A stretch of 64,000 nucleotides of DNA, taken from NCBI GenBank assembly GCA_963675215.1, contig OY775914.1, positions 11,181 to 75,180 on the forward strand. The letters are read 5' to 3'. This document shows, one piece after another, positions 1 to 16,840 of this stretch (the first letter of the stretch is position 1; each line of letters begins with the position of its first letter). Both the position numbers and the translations under genes were made by a program. The notes under the pieces were generated by a model. That model saw only the letters and a list, made by a program, of their open reading frames with translations, ran no database searches and was not told the DNA's origin. This DNA is from Bacteroidales bacterium (GTDB taxonomy: Bacteria; Bacteroidota; Bacteroidia; Bacteroidales; GCA-2711565).

Positions 1-776
1 TTTTCGCCGTCAAAAATATAAATCAGTGCCAGTTTTAGTTCGGGGTCGTTATAATTGGCATCGCAATATTCGGCAATTTCGTTGGCAGTACTAAATGGTT
101 TTCCAAACATATTATTTACCGGAAATAGGCTGCTGTTTTCATAAGCTTTATACACCAACTCGGTACAGGCAATAACAGAATCTGTTGAGAAATCAAAATT
201 ATAATCGTATGGTTTATTTACAAAGGCAAAACCCTTGAAGATGCCTTTGGCAATTTCTTCATTCGGAATGATTGGCCTTAACACCACAATTCCGTCCTTC
301 TTCGCTCCCGTTTCAAAAGAGGAGATAACTACCCCTTCGCTGACAGATTCGATGATACTCATTTCTTCCCCTGTCTTTCTATTGGCAAGGTATACTGAAT
401 CATATTCGTTGTGAAGCAATCTTTCCAAATCACCAGTTTCCTCTCCTTGTGTTTTTACCCAATCAGAACAAGCCTGGTTGTCTTTAAATTTTAATTTGCG
501 TTCTTCGGACGTACCCACATAAAGACCGGCATGGGTCCAAAATCCGGGGATCCCAATATTCGAAATATAATAATCACTTCGGTTTAAAATGATATCTCCG
601 GGCTGGATTAAGGACCGGAGTTTTATGAGCTCGGCATCGCCAATGGTGTTAGCAGAAGATTCTATAATTTTAGTATCACCAGCCCAGGCAAAAACCACAG
701 ATTTAACCCCATATACATTGGGGTGAAAAAAATAGTTTTTGACAGCCACATACGCTACTGCCGAAATCAATATCAT
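1..776 (-). CDS. YiiX/YebB-like permuted papain-fold (NlpC/P60) cysteine hydrolase; the 3' end lies outside the window
   Basis: The minus-strand frame is open from the ATG at 776 (alternative TTG at 803) to the window edge. It is absent from the ORF track because no stop lies in the window. My translation contains PGFWTHAGLYVG and SVIACTELVYKAY, the His-then-Cys order of the permuted YiiX family. The N-terminus is hydrophobic (MILISAVAYVAV). Confidence 0.55.
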   Translation of the reverse strand, partial: MILISAVAYVAVKNYFFHPNVYGVKSVVFAWAGDTKIIESSANTIGDAELIKLRSLIQPGDIILNRSDYYISNIGIPGFWTHAGLYVGTSEERKLKFKDNQACSDWVKTQGEETGDLERLLHNEYDSVYLANRKTGEEMSIIESVSEGVVISSFETGAKKDGIVVLRPIIPNEEIAKGIFKGFAFVNKPYDYNFDFSTDSVIACTELVYKAYENSSLFPVNNMFGKPFSTANEIAEYCDANYNDPELKLALIYIFDGE

Positions 777-804
777 TAATACTATGAATCTACCTTTTTT
801 CAAT

Positions 805-3756
805 TTATTTAATGCTAATTTCATCCACAAATATCCAGGCTTTATTGCCTGCACCTATGTGCCAGTCGGGGCACACTGCTATGCTTTTCGCAAATACTTT
901 TACATAACGGGCTTGTCTTGTTAATCCATTAATTCCAAATTCATTTACGAGCCCTGCCTCCGCTTTTTCATCGATTTCGTTTTCAATTCTTCCCAGTTTT
1001 CTAAAGTTTTCGCCATCATTGGAAATCGAAATTTCAACATAGCGCGGCATCCAAATCCAGGACTTTTGTTCCTGATGAAAACCAGCCGAAATTTCATTGA
1101 TTTGCTGCTTAGCTCCCAAATCAACCACTGCTTCAAAATCTACGCCATAATAACCCTGCCAGGCTCCGGTTCTGAAATTCTCACCTCCACGGATAAAATC
1201 TAACATGGCAATATCGCCACCTGCGGCATACTGATTGCTATAAGCATTTTTAATTTCAATACTTCTTCCGCCAGGAATTTTATTGAATTCAGCAGTCGCA
1301 ATTTTTGAAGGAATACCACTTACATAAGCGATCGCTTTAATGGTTCTGGATTTTGAAATTCGGATAGGTTCCTCAAACTTATTTGAATTTTGATTGGGCT
1401 CACTCCCATCGAAAGAATAATAAATTTCTGCTTGCGGATTGATGGAAGCCAAAGAGAATTCCATGTCATTCGTGAAAGTTCTTGATTCGTAAACGAAATA
1501 GGGCACCGCTGATATTAAATTTTCCGTAATGGCCGACACAGGGCGGTCTTCCTTCTTGGTTCCCCAATCCGATGGTCTTTCACCCATCACATATACAAAT
1601 TCACCACCTTCCATCAACATCTCATGTGTAAAGTAGGATTTGGAATAATCCTTACCATTAAATTTTATGGATTGGATGTAAATATTTTCATCGCTTAAAT
1701 TCTCGGATTTGATGCTAAGCACTTTTCCATTTTCCAGATTCAAATTAACCCCATCAAATAAGGGTGTTCCGATGATGTACTGATTATCTCCCGGGCAAAC
1801 CGGATAAAAACCCAAGGCACTTAAAACATACCATGCCGACATTTGACCACAATCTTCATTTCCGCATAAACCATCGGGCTGAGCGGAATAAAGCTCATCC
1901 ATTATCTTCCGAAGCACTTTTGCACCTTTGGCTGGCACTCCTGCATAATTGTATAAATAAGCCATGTGATGGCTGGGTTCATTGCCATGGGCGTACTGCC
2001 CTATTAAGCCTGTAATATCCGACTGATGACGGCCTGAAAGCCCGGCGCCGGTATTAAATAATTCATCCAACTTTGCAATGAATTCAAACTCTCCACCAAG
2101 TAAGTTGATCAAGCCACTCACATCGTGAGGTACAAAAAAATTGTATTGCCAGGTATTGGCTTCGGTTAACATAAAATTAACCTGGGTTGCATCAAATGGT
2201 TTTACAAAAGCACCATTAATTTTACCCCGCATAAAACCGGTTTCTTTGTCGAAAATATTTTTGAAGTACTGAGCCCGTTCAATAAATTCTGTATAAATAT
2301 CCGTCTTGCCCATGTCTTGTGCCATCATGGCAATGCACCAGTCATCATAAGCATACTCCAGGGTTTTAGAAACCGATTCCCCTTCTTTACCTGCCGGGAT
2401 ATAGCCTTCTTCCTTTAAAAACTTCAAACCAAATTGATCTTGTCGCGCGCTTGTGATCATCGCTGCTAAAGCTTTCTCAACATCATAGCCTCGAATACCT
2501 TTCTTGTACGCATCATAAATCACCGGAATGGCATGGTAACCGATCATACAATTGGTTTCGTTTCCGGCCAATTCCCATACGGGGAGCAAACCTCCTTTGT
2601 CGTACATGTCCAACATGGAAAGGATAAACTCATTGGTCCGTTTTTGATCGATGATGGTAAACAGTGGATGCATGGCACGGAAGGTATCCCACAAAGAAAA
2701 GACCGTGTATTGCTTATGATCTGCCTGATGGTTTTCTCCATCATGCCCGCGGTAATCTCCATTCACATCTGAGAATAAATTTGGGTTTAGTAAACTGTGA
2801 TAAAGAGCGGTATAAAAAGTTCTTTTCTGTTCATCTGTCCCCCCTTTAATTTGAATTCGAGACAATTGATCCTGCCAAGATTTTTGAGCTTTTACTTTCA
2901 CCATTTCAAAGTCTGCGCTTTCACCCAAATTCAATTTTGCATTTTCACTACTCACAGAACTAATGCCCACTTTTGCGTAAATTACTTCACCTGCTTCCGT
3001 ATCAAACTGAACAAAGGCTTTTAAGTCATTCGAGCTTATATCTTTATTCAAATCAGTTAATTTTTCGCCTTCGGAAAGGATTCCGAATTTTTTAAATTCC
3101 TTTGAAAATTCCAGATAAAAATAGATGCGCTGATCAACAGCCCAACCTCTGGTTTTGCGATAGCCAACCAAGCTTTTATGGTCAAGAATCTTAATCCCCA
3201 GATCCTTGATTTTATCCGATGTAACAGCCTCGGTTAAGTCAATAATAACGTTTGCCTGATCAGTTTCAGGGAAAATATATTTGTGCACTCCTGCTCTTTC
3301 AGCAACTGTTAACTCAACGTCGATATCGTAATCCTCAAGATGCACTGCGTAATATCCCGGGCTTGCAATTTCCGTATCATGAGAAAAACTTGACCGATAA
3401 CCTGATGCTGGATTTCCTTCTTCACCCTGAAATAATTGAACTTTGCCAACGGTGGGCATTAAACGAATATCACCATAATCGCCAACTCCTGTTCCGCTTA
3501 AATGGGTATGACTAAAACCCATAATGGTTGAGTCGGAATAATGATAGCCTGAACAGCCATCCCAGCTGTCTTTTCGCGTATCGGGACTTAACTGAACCAT
3601 CCCGAAAGGCACAGCTGCACCGGGATAAGTATGCCCATGTGCATCGGTTCCAACAAAAGGATTGACATAATCAATCGCCTCTTTTTCTTGTGTGGCACAA
3701 GAAGAAATTAAAATCGAAAACAACATTACCACAATCAAATTCAATCTATGCATCAA
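805..3756 (-). CDS. GH92 alpha-mannosidase with C-terminal CHB_HEX_C-like and F5/8 type C (discoidin) modules
   Basis: 983 aa with a lipoprotein-type signal (ILISSCAT). It has the GH92 N-terminal signature DYVNPFVGTDAHGHTYPGAAVPFGMVQLSPDT. The C-terminal ~250 aa are homologous to the C-terminus of the neighbouring GH20. Confidence 0.9.
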   Translation of the reverse strand: MMHRLNLIVVMLFSILISSCATQEKEAIDYVNPFVGTDAHGHTYPGAAVPFGMVQLSPDTRKDSWDGCSGYHYSDSTIMGFSHTHLSGTGVGDYGDIRLMPTVGKVQLFQGEEGNPASGYRSSFSHDTEIASPGYYAVHLEDYDIDVELTVAERAGVHKYIFPETDQANVIIDLTEAVTSDKIKDLGIKILDHKSLVGYRKTRGWAVDQRIYFYLEFSKEFKKFGILSEGEKLTDLNKDISSNDLKAFVQFDTEAGEVIYAKVGISSVSSENAKLNLGESADFEMVKVKAQKSWQDQLSRIQIKGGTDEQKRTFYTALYHSLLNPNLFSDVNGDYRGHDGENHQADHKQYTVFSLWDTFRAMHPLFTIIDQKRTNEFILSMLDMYDKGGLLPVWELAGNETNCMIGYHAIPVIYDAYKKGIRGYDVEKALAAMITSARQDQFGLKFLKEEGYIPAGKEGESVSKTLEYAYDDWCIAMMAQDMGKTDIYTEFIERAQYFKNIFDKETGFMRGKINGAFVKPFDATQVNFMLTEANTWQYNFFVPHDVSGLINLLGGEFEFIAKLDELFNTGAGLSGRHQSDITGLIGQYAHGNEPSHHMAYLYNYAGVPAKGAKVLRKIMDELYSAQPDGLCGNEDCGQMSAWYVLSALGFYPVCPGDNQYIIGTPLFDGVNLNLENGKVLSIKSENLSDENIYIQSIKFNGKDYSKSYFTHEMLMEGGEFVYVMGERPSDWGTKKEDRPVSAITENLISAVPYFVYESRTFTNDMEFSLASINPQAEIYYSFDGSEPNQNSNKFEEPIRISKSRTIKAIAYVSGIPSKIATAEFNKIPGGRSIEIKNAYSNQYAAGGDIAMLDFIRGGENFRTGAWQGYYGVDFEAVVDLGAKQQINEISAGFHQEQKSWIWMPRYVEISISNDGENFRKLGRIENEIDEKAEAGLVNEFGINGLTRQARYVKVFAKSIAVCPDWHIGAGNKAWIFVDEISIK

Positions 3757-3765
3757 TCTAATTTT

Positions 3766-6120
3766 TTATTCAATAATAATTTCATCGGCAAAGATCCAGG
3801 CTTTATCACCCGCACCTATATGCCAGGCAGGGCATACTCCAATATTCTTGGCAAAAACTTTAATGTACTTTACCTGATAGGTTTTATCACTTGTGTAAGA
3901 ATAGGTTCTGCGCTGAGCCAATTCATCTTTTAATAAAATATCTGTATCAATTCTGCCGAGCTTTTTAAACTTTTGCCCATCATCCGAAGTATAGAATTCA
4001 ACATATTCCGGGAAAAAAATCCAGCTGGCTTGCCGCTGGTAACAACCCAATGCTATATTTGAGAAAGTTGTGGATGACCCCAAATCAATAACAGCTTCGA
4101 AATCATCACCTTGAAAGCCCTGCCATAATCCATTATTGTGAACTTCACCACCCAAAACACCATCAACTAAAGCATCATCGCCTCCCGCCGTATACCGTTT
4201 ACTGTATTTATTTTCCAGTATAACTTTTTTCCCGACCGCTTTATGAAAGATCAGGTCTTGTTGACTTACTTTTTCCTGCAATTTACCCTTGATAAAAACG
4301 CCAGCCTTAATGGTAGTTGATTCATCAATTTCGATGGGATTGGTATAAAGTGTGGAGCTTGTATCCGGCTCAGTCCCATTGATGGTATAATGAATTTTTG
4401 CTTCCCAAATTTCGGATTCGAGTTTGACCTTTGTTACACCCGAAGCCGTATCTGTTTCAGGAAGGATGTCAACCTTAAATGAACCCTTTGCATAGTTGAT
4501 ATTTTGAAGGTCGAACCGCTTAAAGTGAGACTGCAATCTGCGATTGAAATGATCGAAATCTCTTTTGTTTTTTGAAGACCAAACTACCTCTGCCAATGCC
4601 ATCATTCTGGGGATAGCCATATATTCTGCATGCTCCGGAGTGGCAATATATTCTGTCCAGATATTTCCTTGTGCCCCTAAAATATGTTTGGCTACTTCCT
4701 CTGACAATTCTGATGGAACAGGCTCAAAAGAATATACTTTTTTAAGGGTGGTAAATCCACCAATGGCCACTGGCTCAAAGTCACGATCGGCTTGATAATA
4801 ATCAAAATAGCAGTGAGAAACCGGAGTCATAATTACATCATGACCTTGCTCAGCAGCTTCTATGCCACCTTCCATTCCACGCCACGACATGACGGTTGCT
4901 TCAGGTGCCAATCCACCTTCTAAAATCTCATCCCAGCCAATAATCTTTTTGCCTTTTGAGATAACATATTTTTCAATTCTTTTAATAAAATAACTTTGTA
5001 ACTCATGCTCATTTTTCAAACCTTCTTTATTCATTCTGGCCTGACATAATTTACATTTTTTCCATTCCGTTTTAGTAGCTTCATCGCCTCCAATATGGAT
5101 ATATTCAGAAGGGAACAACTCAATGACCTCATCTAAAACTCCTTCAAGAAACGCAAAGGTTTCTTCTTTCCCAGCACAAAAAATATCGGAATTAGGCCAG
5201 TAGCTCCCGGGATTCACAGGTATTTTTTTACCTGCACAACTCAACTCGGGATAAGCAGCAAAAACTTCACTCACATGGCCAGGCATTTCAATTTCGGGGA
5301 TGATGGTAATATATCTATCCTGTGCATATTCAATGATTTCTTTAACTTCCTCCTGGGTATAAAACCCACCATAAGTTGCCTCTTCTCCCGGCTTTTGAGC
5401 TTCTCTTTCGCGCCAGGGGAATGCCTCTCTGTCTACTCTCCAAGCTGCAATTTCCGTAAGCAAGGGATATTTTTTGATTTCCAAACGCCAACCATTATCA
5501 TCCGTCAGGTGCCAATGGAAAGTATTAAATTTATAGGTGGCCATGATATCCAAAAACTTCATTATAAATTCTTTTGGGAAAAAATGACGGGATACATCCA
5601 GGTGCATACCTCTATAAGCAAAACGTGGGCTATCGGTGAGATTCATACCAGGAATCAAAAGCTGTCCCTGATTTTCAGCCATAAGCATGTCAAGCGGAAT
5701 GAGCTGGATCAAGGTTTGAATACCATAAAAAATACCTTTGCCGGAATTGGCCTGTAGCACATAATTTCCTCCCCGATACTCAAACTGATAGGCTTCATCA
5801 CTCTTATTCGTGACTTTTGTGAGTGAAAGAATAAAATCCCCATTCACTTCACGTGCTTCATTATACAACACAATCGGAATTTCAAAACCCGTTATCCTCC
5901 GAAGCGTTGAAGCCAGGTAATCACCAAGCTTCCTTAATTCATCATTCTCAAACTGAAGGACAATTTTGGTGTCTTTTTTCACTTTAAAATAAGAATCACC
6001 CATAAAGAAATTTTTTGGCCTTGGAATAATATTGACCTCAGAACTTCCGGGTTTTTCATCACAAGATGAGATACCAAAAGCCAAAATTAAAATGATTAAG
6101 TAGGAAATACTTTTTTTCAT
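3766..6120 (-). CDS. GH20 beta-N-acetylhexosaminidase with C-terminal CHB_HEX_C-like and F5/8 type C modules
   Basis: 784 aa with a lipoprotein signal (GISSCDE). GH20 motifs are present: RFAYRGMHLDVSRHFF and HIGGDE. Confidence 0.9.
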   Translation of the reverse strand: MKKSISYLIILILAFGISSCDEKPGSSEVNIIPRPKNFFMGDSYFKVKKDTKIVLQFENDELRKLGDYLASTLRRITGFEIPIVLYNEAREVNGDFILSLTKVTNKSDEAYQFEYRGGNYVLQANSGKGIFYGIQTLIQLIPLDMLMAENQGQLLIPGMNLTDSPRFAYRGMHLDVSRHFFPKEFIMKFLDIMATYKFNTFHWHLTDDNGWRLEIKKYPLLTEIAAWRVDREAFPWREREAQKPGEEATYGGFYTQEEVKEIIEYAQDRYITIIPEIEMPGHVSEVFAAYPELSCAGKKIPVNPGSYWPNSDIFCAGKEETFAFLEGVLDEVIELFPSEYIHIGGDEATKTEWKKCKLCQARMNKEGLKNEHELQSYFIKRIEKYVISKGKKIIGWDEILEGGLAPEATVMSWRGMEGGIEAAEQGHDVIMTPVSHCYFDYYQADRDFEPVAIGGFTTLKKVYSFEPVPSELSEEVAKHILGAQGNIWTEYIATPEHAEYMAIPRMMALAEVVWSSKNKRDFDHFNRRLQSHFKRFDLQNINYAKGSFKVDILPETDTASGVTKVKLESEIWEAKIHYTINGTEPDTSSTLYTNPIEIDESTTIKAGVFIKGKLQEKVSQQDLIFHKAVGKKVILENKYSKRYTAGGDDALVDGVLGGEVHNNGLWQGFQGDDFEAVIDLGSSTTFSNIALGCYQRQASWIFFPEYVEFYTSDDGQKFKKLGRIDTDILLKDELAQRRTYSYTSDKTYQVKYIKVFAKNIGVCPAWHIGAGDKAWIFADEIIIE

Positions 6121-6124
6121 AATT

Positions 6125-7111
6125 TTATGATTTTAGATAACTATCTGAATCAATTAAAGTGTTTTTATCATTTTGATAAAGCGCATAATTAAAACCTGGA
6201 TGGATGCAGTAAGACCCAATTTCTCCTGCTTTATTTATTGCCAGAAACCCAACCTGAAAATTTTGGTAATCCTTCAGTTTACCGGCTATTCGTTTAACAG
6301 CCCCTTCACATGCTTTTTGTGGGCTTAAGCCATTACGCATTAACTCAACGACAAGAAAAGTCCCGAGTGTTTTCATTACCAACTCGCCCATTCCGGTAGC
6401 AACCGCTCCTCCAACTTCATTGTCGGCATACAATCCGGCACCAATAATTGGAGAATCGCCAACTCGCCCATGCATTTTATAAGCAGCACCACTTGTGGTG
6501 CATGCGCCTGCTAAATCCCCATTTTTATCAATTGCAAGCATGCCGATGGTATCGTGATTTTCAATATTAATTTTGGGTTCGTATTTAGAAGTTAGCTTCC
6601 ATTTCTCCCAGGCTTTTTTGGCTTTCTCTGTTAAAATATCTTCTTTCTTAAATCCATTTTCCATTGCAAACTGCAGCGCACCATCACCTGAAAGCATGAC
6701 GTGAGGTGTTTTCTCCATCACCAGTCTGGCAACTGAAATCGGATGTTTAATATGTTTCAGAAAACTCACTGAACCTGCATCGCCTTCTTTGTTCATGATA
6801 CAAGCATCCAGCGTCACATGACCGTCCCTGTCAGGATGTCCACCAAAGCCTACGGTCATTTCATCAGGATCACCTTCCGGGACTCTGGCTCCAGCTTCAA
6901 CTGCATCTAAAGAACTGCCGCCTGATTTTAAAACTTCCCATGCTGCTTCATTAGCCTGAATGCCAAAATTCCAGGTTGAAATAACTACTGGAATCATGCC
7001 TTTTTTAGCTTTAGAACTTGCTGATCCTTTTACATTTCCAAAAACTGGTTTCACCACAGCGCCCAGTGCGACTGCTGATGATGCGACAATAAATTTTCTT
7101 CTGTTAATCAT
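6125..7111 (-). CDS. N4-(beta-N-acetylglucosaminyl)-L-asparaginase (glycosylasparaginase, Ntn hydrolase)
   Basis: 328 aa with a Tat-like signal (MINRRKFIVASSAVALGA). The autoprocessing and nucleophile motif HDTIGMLAID is present, and the layout is asparaginase_2-like. Confidence 0.85.
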   Translation of the reverse strand: MINRRKFIVASSAVALGAVVKPVFGNVKGSASSKAKKGMIPVVISTWNFGIQANEAAWEVLKSGGSSLDAVEAGARVPEGDPDEMTVGFGGHPDRDGHVTLDACIMNKEGDAGSVSFLKHIKHPISVARLVMEKTPHVMLSGDGALQFAMENGFKKEDILTEKAKKAWEKWKLTSKYEPKINIENHDTIGMLAIDKNGDLAGACTTSGAAYKMHGRVGDSPIIGAGLYADNEVGGAVATGMGELVMKTLGTFLVVELMRNGLSPQKACEGAVKRIAGKLKDYQNFQVGFLAINKAGEIGSYCIHPGFNYALYQNDKNTLIDSDSYLKS

Positions 7112-7113
7112 AG

Positions 7114-8493
7114 TTAAGTTATGTTTTCAGATTTTTGAATATATCCTTTTAAGCCATAAAAGGCGATGTACAAATAACAAAAAATAGGTACGATAAATGA
7201 CAAATGTACTCCAAATGCATCTGCCATCATTCCTTGAAAAACCGGAACTAAAGCTCCTCCAAGTATGGCCATCACAAGCAAGGAAGATCCCTGACTGGTA
7301 TGTTTACCAAGTCCACTAATCGCCAAGGTAAAAATATTCGACCACATGATGGAATTAAACAGGCCAATTCCGATAACAGCCCACATGGCTACCAAGCCAT
7401 TGCTTATAAGTGTAATGACTAAAAGTAATACGGATATTAACGCAAACACAAATAAAGTCCGGTTTGGTAAGGATTTTCCAATTAAAAAACCGAAGAAATT
7501 TAAGACGAGAAATATGGCATAAATGGATGCCGTTTGCAAACCATTGAAATAAAAAATGACCAGAAATGCAGCAGCCGGAATGGTAAACATGCTTAAATAT
7601 TTGAGGCGTAAATCAGTCATTTTACTAAGTGAAATGGCGCCCATAAAACGGCCAATCATTAAACCTCCCCAATAAAAAGCAACATATTTGCTGGCATCAG
7701 ATTCACCCAATCCGGCAATATTTTCCAAGCCCAAGTAACTGATTAAAATACTTCCTATGCTCACCTCACCACCCACGTACATAAAAATGGCAATGATCCC
7801 GAAAACAAGATGTTTGTGTTTTAAAACACCGAAGCCTTTTTCGAGCTTCTCATTTTTTGTAAGCCGGGGAAGATTGGCAACCTTAATGAGGAATGCCAAT
7901 AAAACAAATAATCCTGTAAAGAATAAATATGGAATCTGTACTGCATCTGCTCCACTAATATCCGGCCCTACAAAATATTTAAAAATCAAATATCCGCCGA
8001 TGAGTGGGCCTATGGTTGTTCCTAAGGAATTGAATCCTTGCGAAAGATTCAACCTGCTTGAAGCCGTTTTTTCAGAGCCAAGAATGGCAACATAAGGATT
8101 AGCCGCAATTTGCAAAAGGGTAAATCCCAATCCCATCACAAACAAGGCGGCCAGAAAAAAACCGTACATCAAAAAATGGGCTGCAGGATAAAACAGGGCA
8201 CTTCCTGTTGCAGAGATCATCAATCCTATGATGATCCCATTTTTATAACCAATTTTACTGATGGGATCGCCATAGTTAACCGAAATGATAAAATAAACGA
8301 GCGAGCCAATAAAGTAGGCACCAAAAAATGCAAACTGAATTAACATGGATTCGGTATGATTCAACTCAAATACGCCTTTCAAATAGGGGATCAAAATGTC
8401 GTTTAAGACGGTCATAAATCCCCACATGAAAAATAATCCTGTTAGAATTACAAAGGCGACTGTGTTATTTTTTGGCTTATTCTGAAGGCTCAT
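7114..8493 (-). CDS. MFS sugar:H+ symporter (FucP/GluP family)
   Basis: 459 aa and polytopic. The N-terminus is FucP-like (FVILTGLFFMWGFMTVLNDILIPYLK). Confidence 0.8.
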   Translation of the reverse strand: MSLQNKPKNNTVAFVILTGLFFMWGFMTVLNDILIPYLKGVFELNHTESMLIQFAFFGAYFIGSLVYFIISVNYGDPISKIGYKNGIIIGLMISATGSALFYPAAHFLMYGFFLAALFVMGLGFTLLQIAANPYVAILGSEKTASSRLNLSQGFNSLGTTIGPLIGGYLIFKYFVGPDISGADAVQIPYLFFTGLFVLLAFLIKVANLPRLTKNEKLEKGFGVLKHKHLVFGIIAIFMYVGGEVSIGSILISYLGLENIAGLGESDASKYVAFYWGGLMIGRFMGAISLSKMTDLRLKYLSMFTIPAAAFLVIFYFNGLQTASIYAIFLVLNFFGFLIGKSLPNRTLFVFALISVLLLVITLISNGLVAMWAVIGIGLFNSIMWSNIFTLAISGLGKHTSQGSSLLVMAILGGALVPVFQGMMADAFGVHLSFIVPIFCYLYIAFYGLKGYIQKSENIT

Positions 8494-8509
8494 TATTTTA
8501 AATAATTAG

Positions 8510-14803
<6,294 letters not shown>

Positions 14804-14827
14804 TTAAATTTTTAAAATGAATGGATT

Positions 14828-15895
14828 CTAAAAACAGGCTGATACAATGGTTTTTAATTCTTCTTCTTTGTTTAGTAAATCCTTTAAAAGTGTAAATTGA
14901 TTTCTTGCCCGAACCAAATTATGATCCTCGTACGCTGTTTTAAAATAAACATCATTCTCTAAATAATCCGTCAGGAAACGAAGACCAATAATCAGAATCA
15001 TGTACTTTGCCCCGGTAATCAATTGTTCTTTCTCAACCGTTGTTAACACTTCTGACAATTCGGATAAGTAGCCCTGACTTAAAGCAGCGAAAATCTCTTT
15101 TCGAAGTATTACTTTCGAGCTGTCTTTTTCATCTTCAGGAACAGGGCTTGTAAAAGTTCTTACCATATCCCCAAAATCATAAAGAACCAGTCCGGGCATC
15201 AAAGTGTCTAGATCGATGACACAAATTCCCTTGCCTGTGGCTTTACTAAGTAAAACATTGTTTAATTTGGTATCATTATGTGTAATTCGAACAGGTAGGT
15301 CGCCAGAACTAATTAATTGAGAAATTAATTGAGAAATCTTTCGTTGCTCCTGAGCAAATAAAATCTCTTTTTCGGCATTAAAAAGTCTTTCTTTTTTCGC
15401 CGCAGAATACACGGTATCAAATTTCTGATATCTCTTGCCGAGGTTATGAAAATCGGGGATGGTTTCCGGAAACTCTTTTGGATCTAAATCCAGGCTGAGC
15501 CTCTGCATCTTGCCAAACGCTTTTGCAGCTTCAAAGGCTTGATTTTCTTTTTCAATTACATCAAATGAATGCGCATTTTCAACACAATTAAACATTCTCC
15601 AATAATCACCATTCTCATCAATGACAAAAGGATTGCCCTCTCTCGTTTTAAAAGTTTTAAGTTGTTTTTCGTTTTGCTGATGTAAATGGGTTAAGTATTT
15701 TTCAATATTTTGGATGACATGCATCGGCCTTTTAAAAACATTCTTATTAATTTTTTGAAGAACATATTTTAGCCCCCTACCGTGAACTTCTACCAGGTAA
15801 GTATCGTTGATATGCCCACCTCCATATGGAGTGGTAGAAATTACAGAAAGATTGTCTAAAAAAAGTGAAGCAATTTTTTTAATTTCAGATTCCAT
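14828..15895 (-). CDS. N-acetylhexosamine 1-kinase-like anomeric sugar kinase (APH/phosphotransferase fold)
   Basis: 355 aa. Motifs: GGGHINDTYLV, the catalytic loop RITHNDTKLNNVL, IDLDTLMPG and FLTDYLENDVYF. From memory these closely resemble Bifidobacterium NahK. Confidence 0.7.
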   Translation of the reverse strand: MESEIKKIASLFLDNLSVISTTPYGGGHINDTYLVEVHGRGLKYVLQKINKNVFKRPMHVIQNIEKYLTHLHQQNEKQLKTFKTREGNPFVIDENGDYWRMFNCVENAHSFDVIEKENQAFEAAKAFGKMQRLSLDLDPKEFPETIPDFHNLGKRYQKFDTVYSAAKKERLFNAEKEILFAQEQRKISQLISQLISSGDLPVRITHNDTKLNNVLLSKATGKGICVIDLDTLMPGLVLYDFGDMVRTFTSPVPEDEKDSSKVILRKEIFAALSQGYLSELSEVLTTVEKEQLITGAKYMILIIGLRFLTDYLENDVYFKTAYEDHNLVRARNQFTLLKDLLNKEEELKTIVSACF

Positions 15896-15898
15896 AAA

Positions 15899-16804
15899 CT
15901 ACTCCCATAAATTAGTTGGATAAATGTTTTGATTAACCAATTCATTAATGCTTTCAATCACAAATGCCTTGTCTTCTCTGTAGGTTACCCCAAACCATTT
16001 GGCATCACTTTCTAAAACTTTAACACTTGCCAGGTTTTTTTTAAGCAACTGCGTGATTTCTGTAGGAATGAAATATTCAGATTTAGGCTCATGAATATGC
16101 TCATTCAAAAACTTCACAAATCCGTTTTCGAGGAAATCGAAAAAGCCCATTGTAAATCCCCAGAAATTCATGGAGACGATGGTGTTTTCTCTCAGTTTTA
16201 CCCAATCTGTTTCATCTTCATAATAACCTATGGCATTGTTTATTTTCTGAATGGCGGTTTGTTCATCAACCCGGATTAAATGATTTTCTTTATCAACAAT
16301 ACAAACACCCCTCGAAACAGTACCATGCTCAGTGATTGTATTGCCCAGCTGGTAGCCAACCATACAATAGTCGTTACTTTCAGGTTGTATTCCATTAAAA
16401 TAATCGACAACAGTTTTGTATGCACTTGCTCCATAAAAATCATCAGCATTTATAACGGCAAAAGGTTCATTTATCACATCTTTTGCTGCTAAAATGGCAT
16501 GGGCGGTTCCCCAGGGTTTTACTCGATCCGGAGGACAGATAAACCCATTCGGAAGTTTTTGAGTTTCTTGCAAAACAAATTCAGTTTCGATTTTCCCTCT
16601 AAGTTTGGGCTCAAAAATCTCAATAAAATCCTGTTTAATTTTTTCATTAATAACGAAAACAACTTTGCCAAACCCAGTGCGGATGGCATCGAAAATAGAA
16701 TAATCGATAATGCTTTCACCTGATGGTCCAATTTTGTCCATCTGTTTTATGCCTCCGTAGCGACTTCCTAATCCTGCGGCAAGTATTAAAAGTGTTGGTT
16801 TCAT
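15899..16804 (-). CDS. Sugar-1-phosphate nucleotidyltransferase
   Basis: 301 aa. The N-terminal NTP-transferase loop is LILAAGLGSRYGG. It lies 3 nt from the kinase gene. Confidence 0.7.
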   Translation of the reverse strand: MKPTLLILAAGLGSRYGGIKQMDKIGPSGESIIDYSIFDAIRTGFGKVVFVINEKIKQDFIEIFEPKLRGKIETEFVLQETQKLPNGFICPPDRVKPWGTAHAILAAKDVINEPFAVINADDFYGASAYKTVVDYFNGIQPESNDYCMVGYQLGNTITEHGTVSRGVCIVDKENHLIRVDEQTAIQKINNAIGYYEDETDWVKLRENTIVSMNFWGFTMGFFDFLENGFVKFLNEHIHEPKSEYFIPTEITQLLKKNLASVKVLESDAKWFGVTYREDKAFVIESINELVNQNIYPTNLWE

Positions 16805-16840
16805 TCGCGTGTTAATTTAAATATTTCTAACAAAGAGTTT

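Noticed and set aside
739-924. A 61-aa plus-strand ORF spanning the junction between the YiiX-like and GH92 genes
   Set aside because: It lies antisense to two well-supported minus-strand genes and has no recognisable motifs.
5275-5757. A 160-aa plus-strand ORF inside the GH20 gene, and similar antisense ORFs such as 20290-20685, 22110-22475, 7757-8095 and 33091-33363
   Set aside because: All are embedded antisense in long genes with clear family motifs, and none shows a domain signature.
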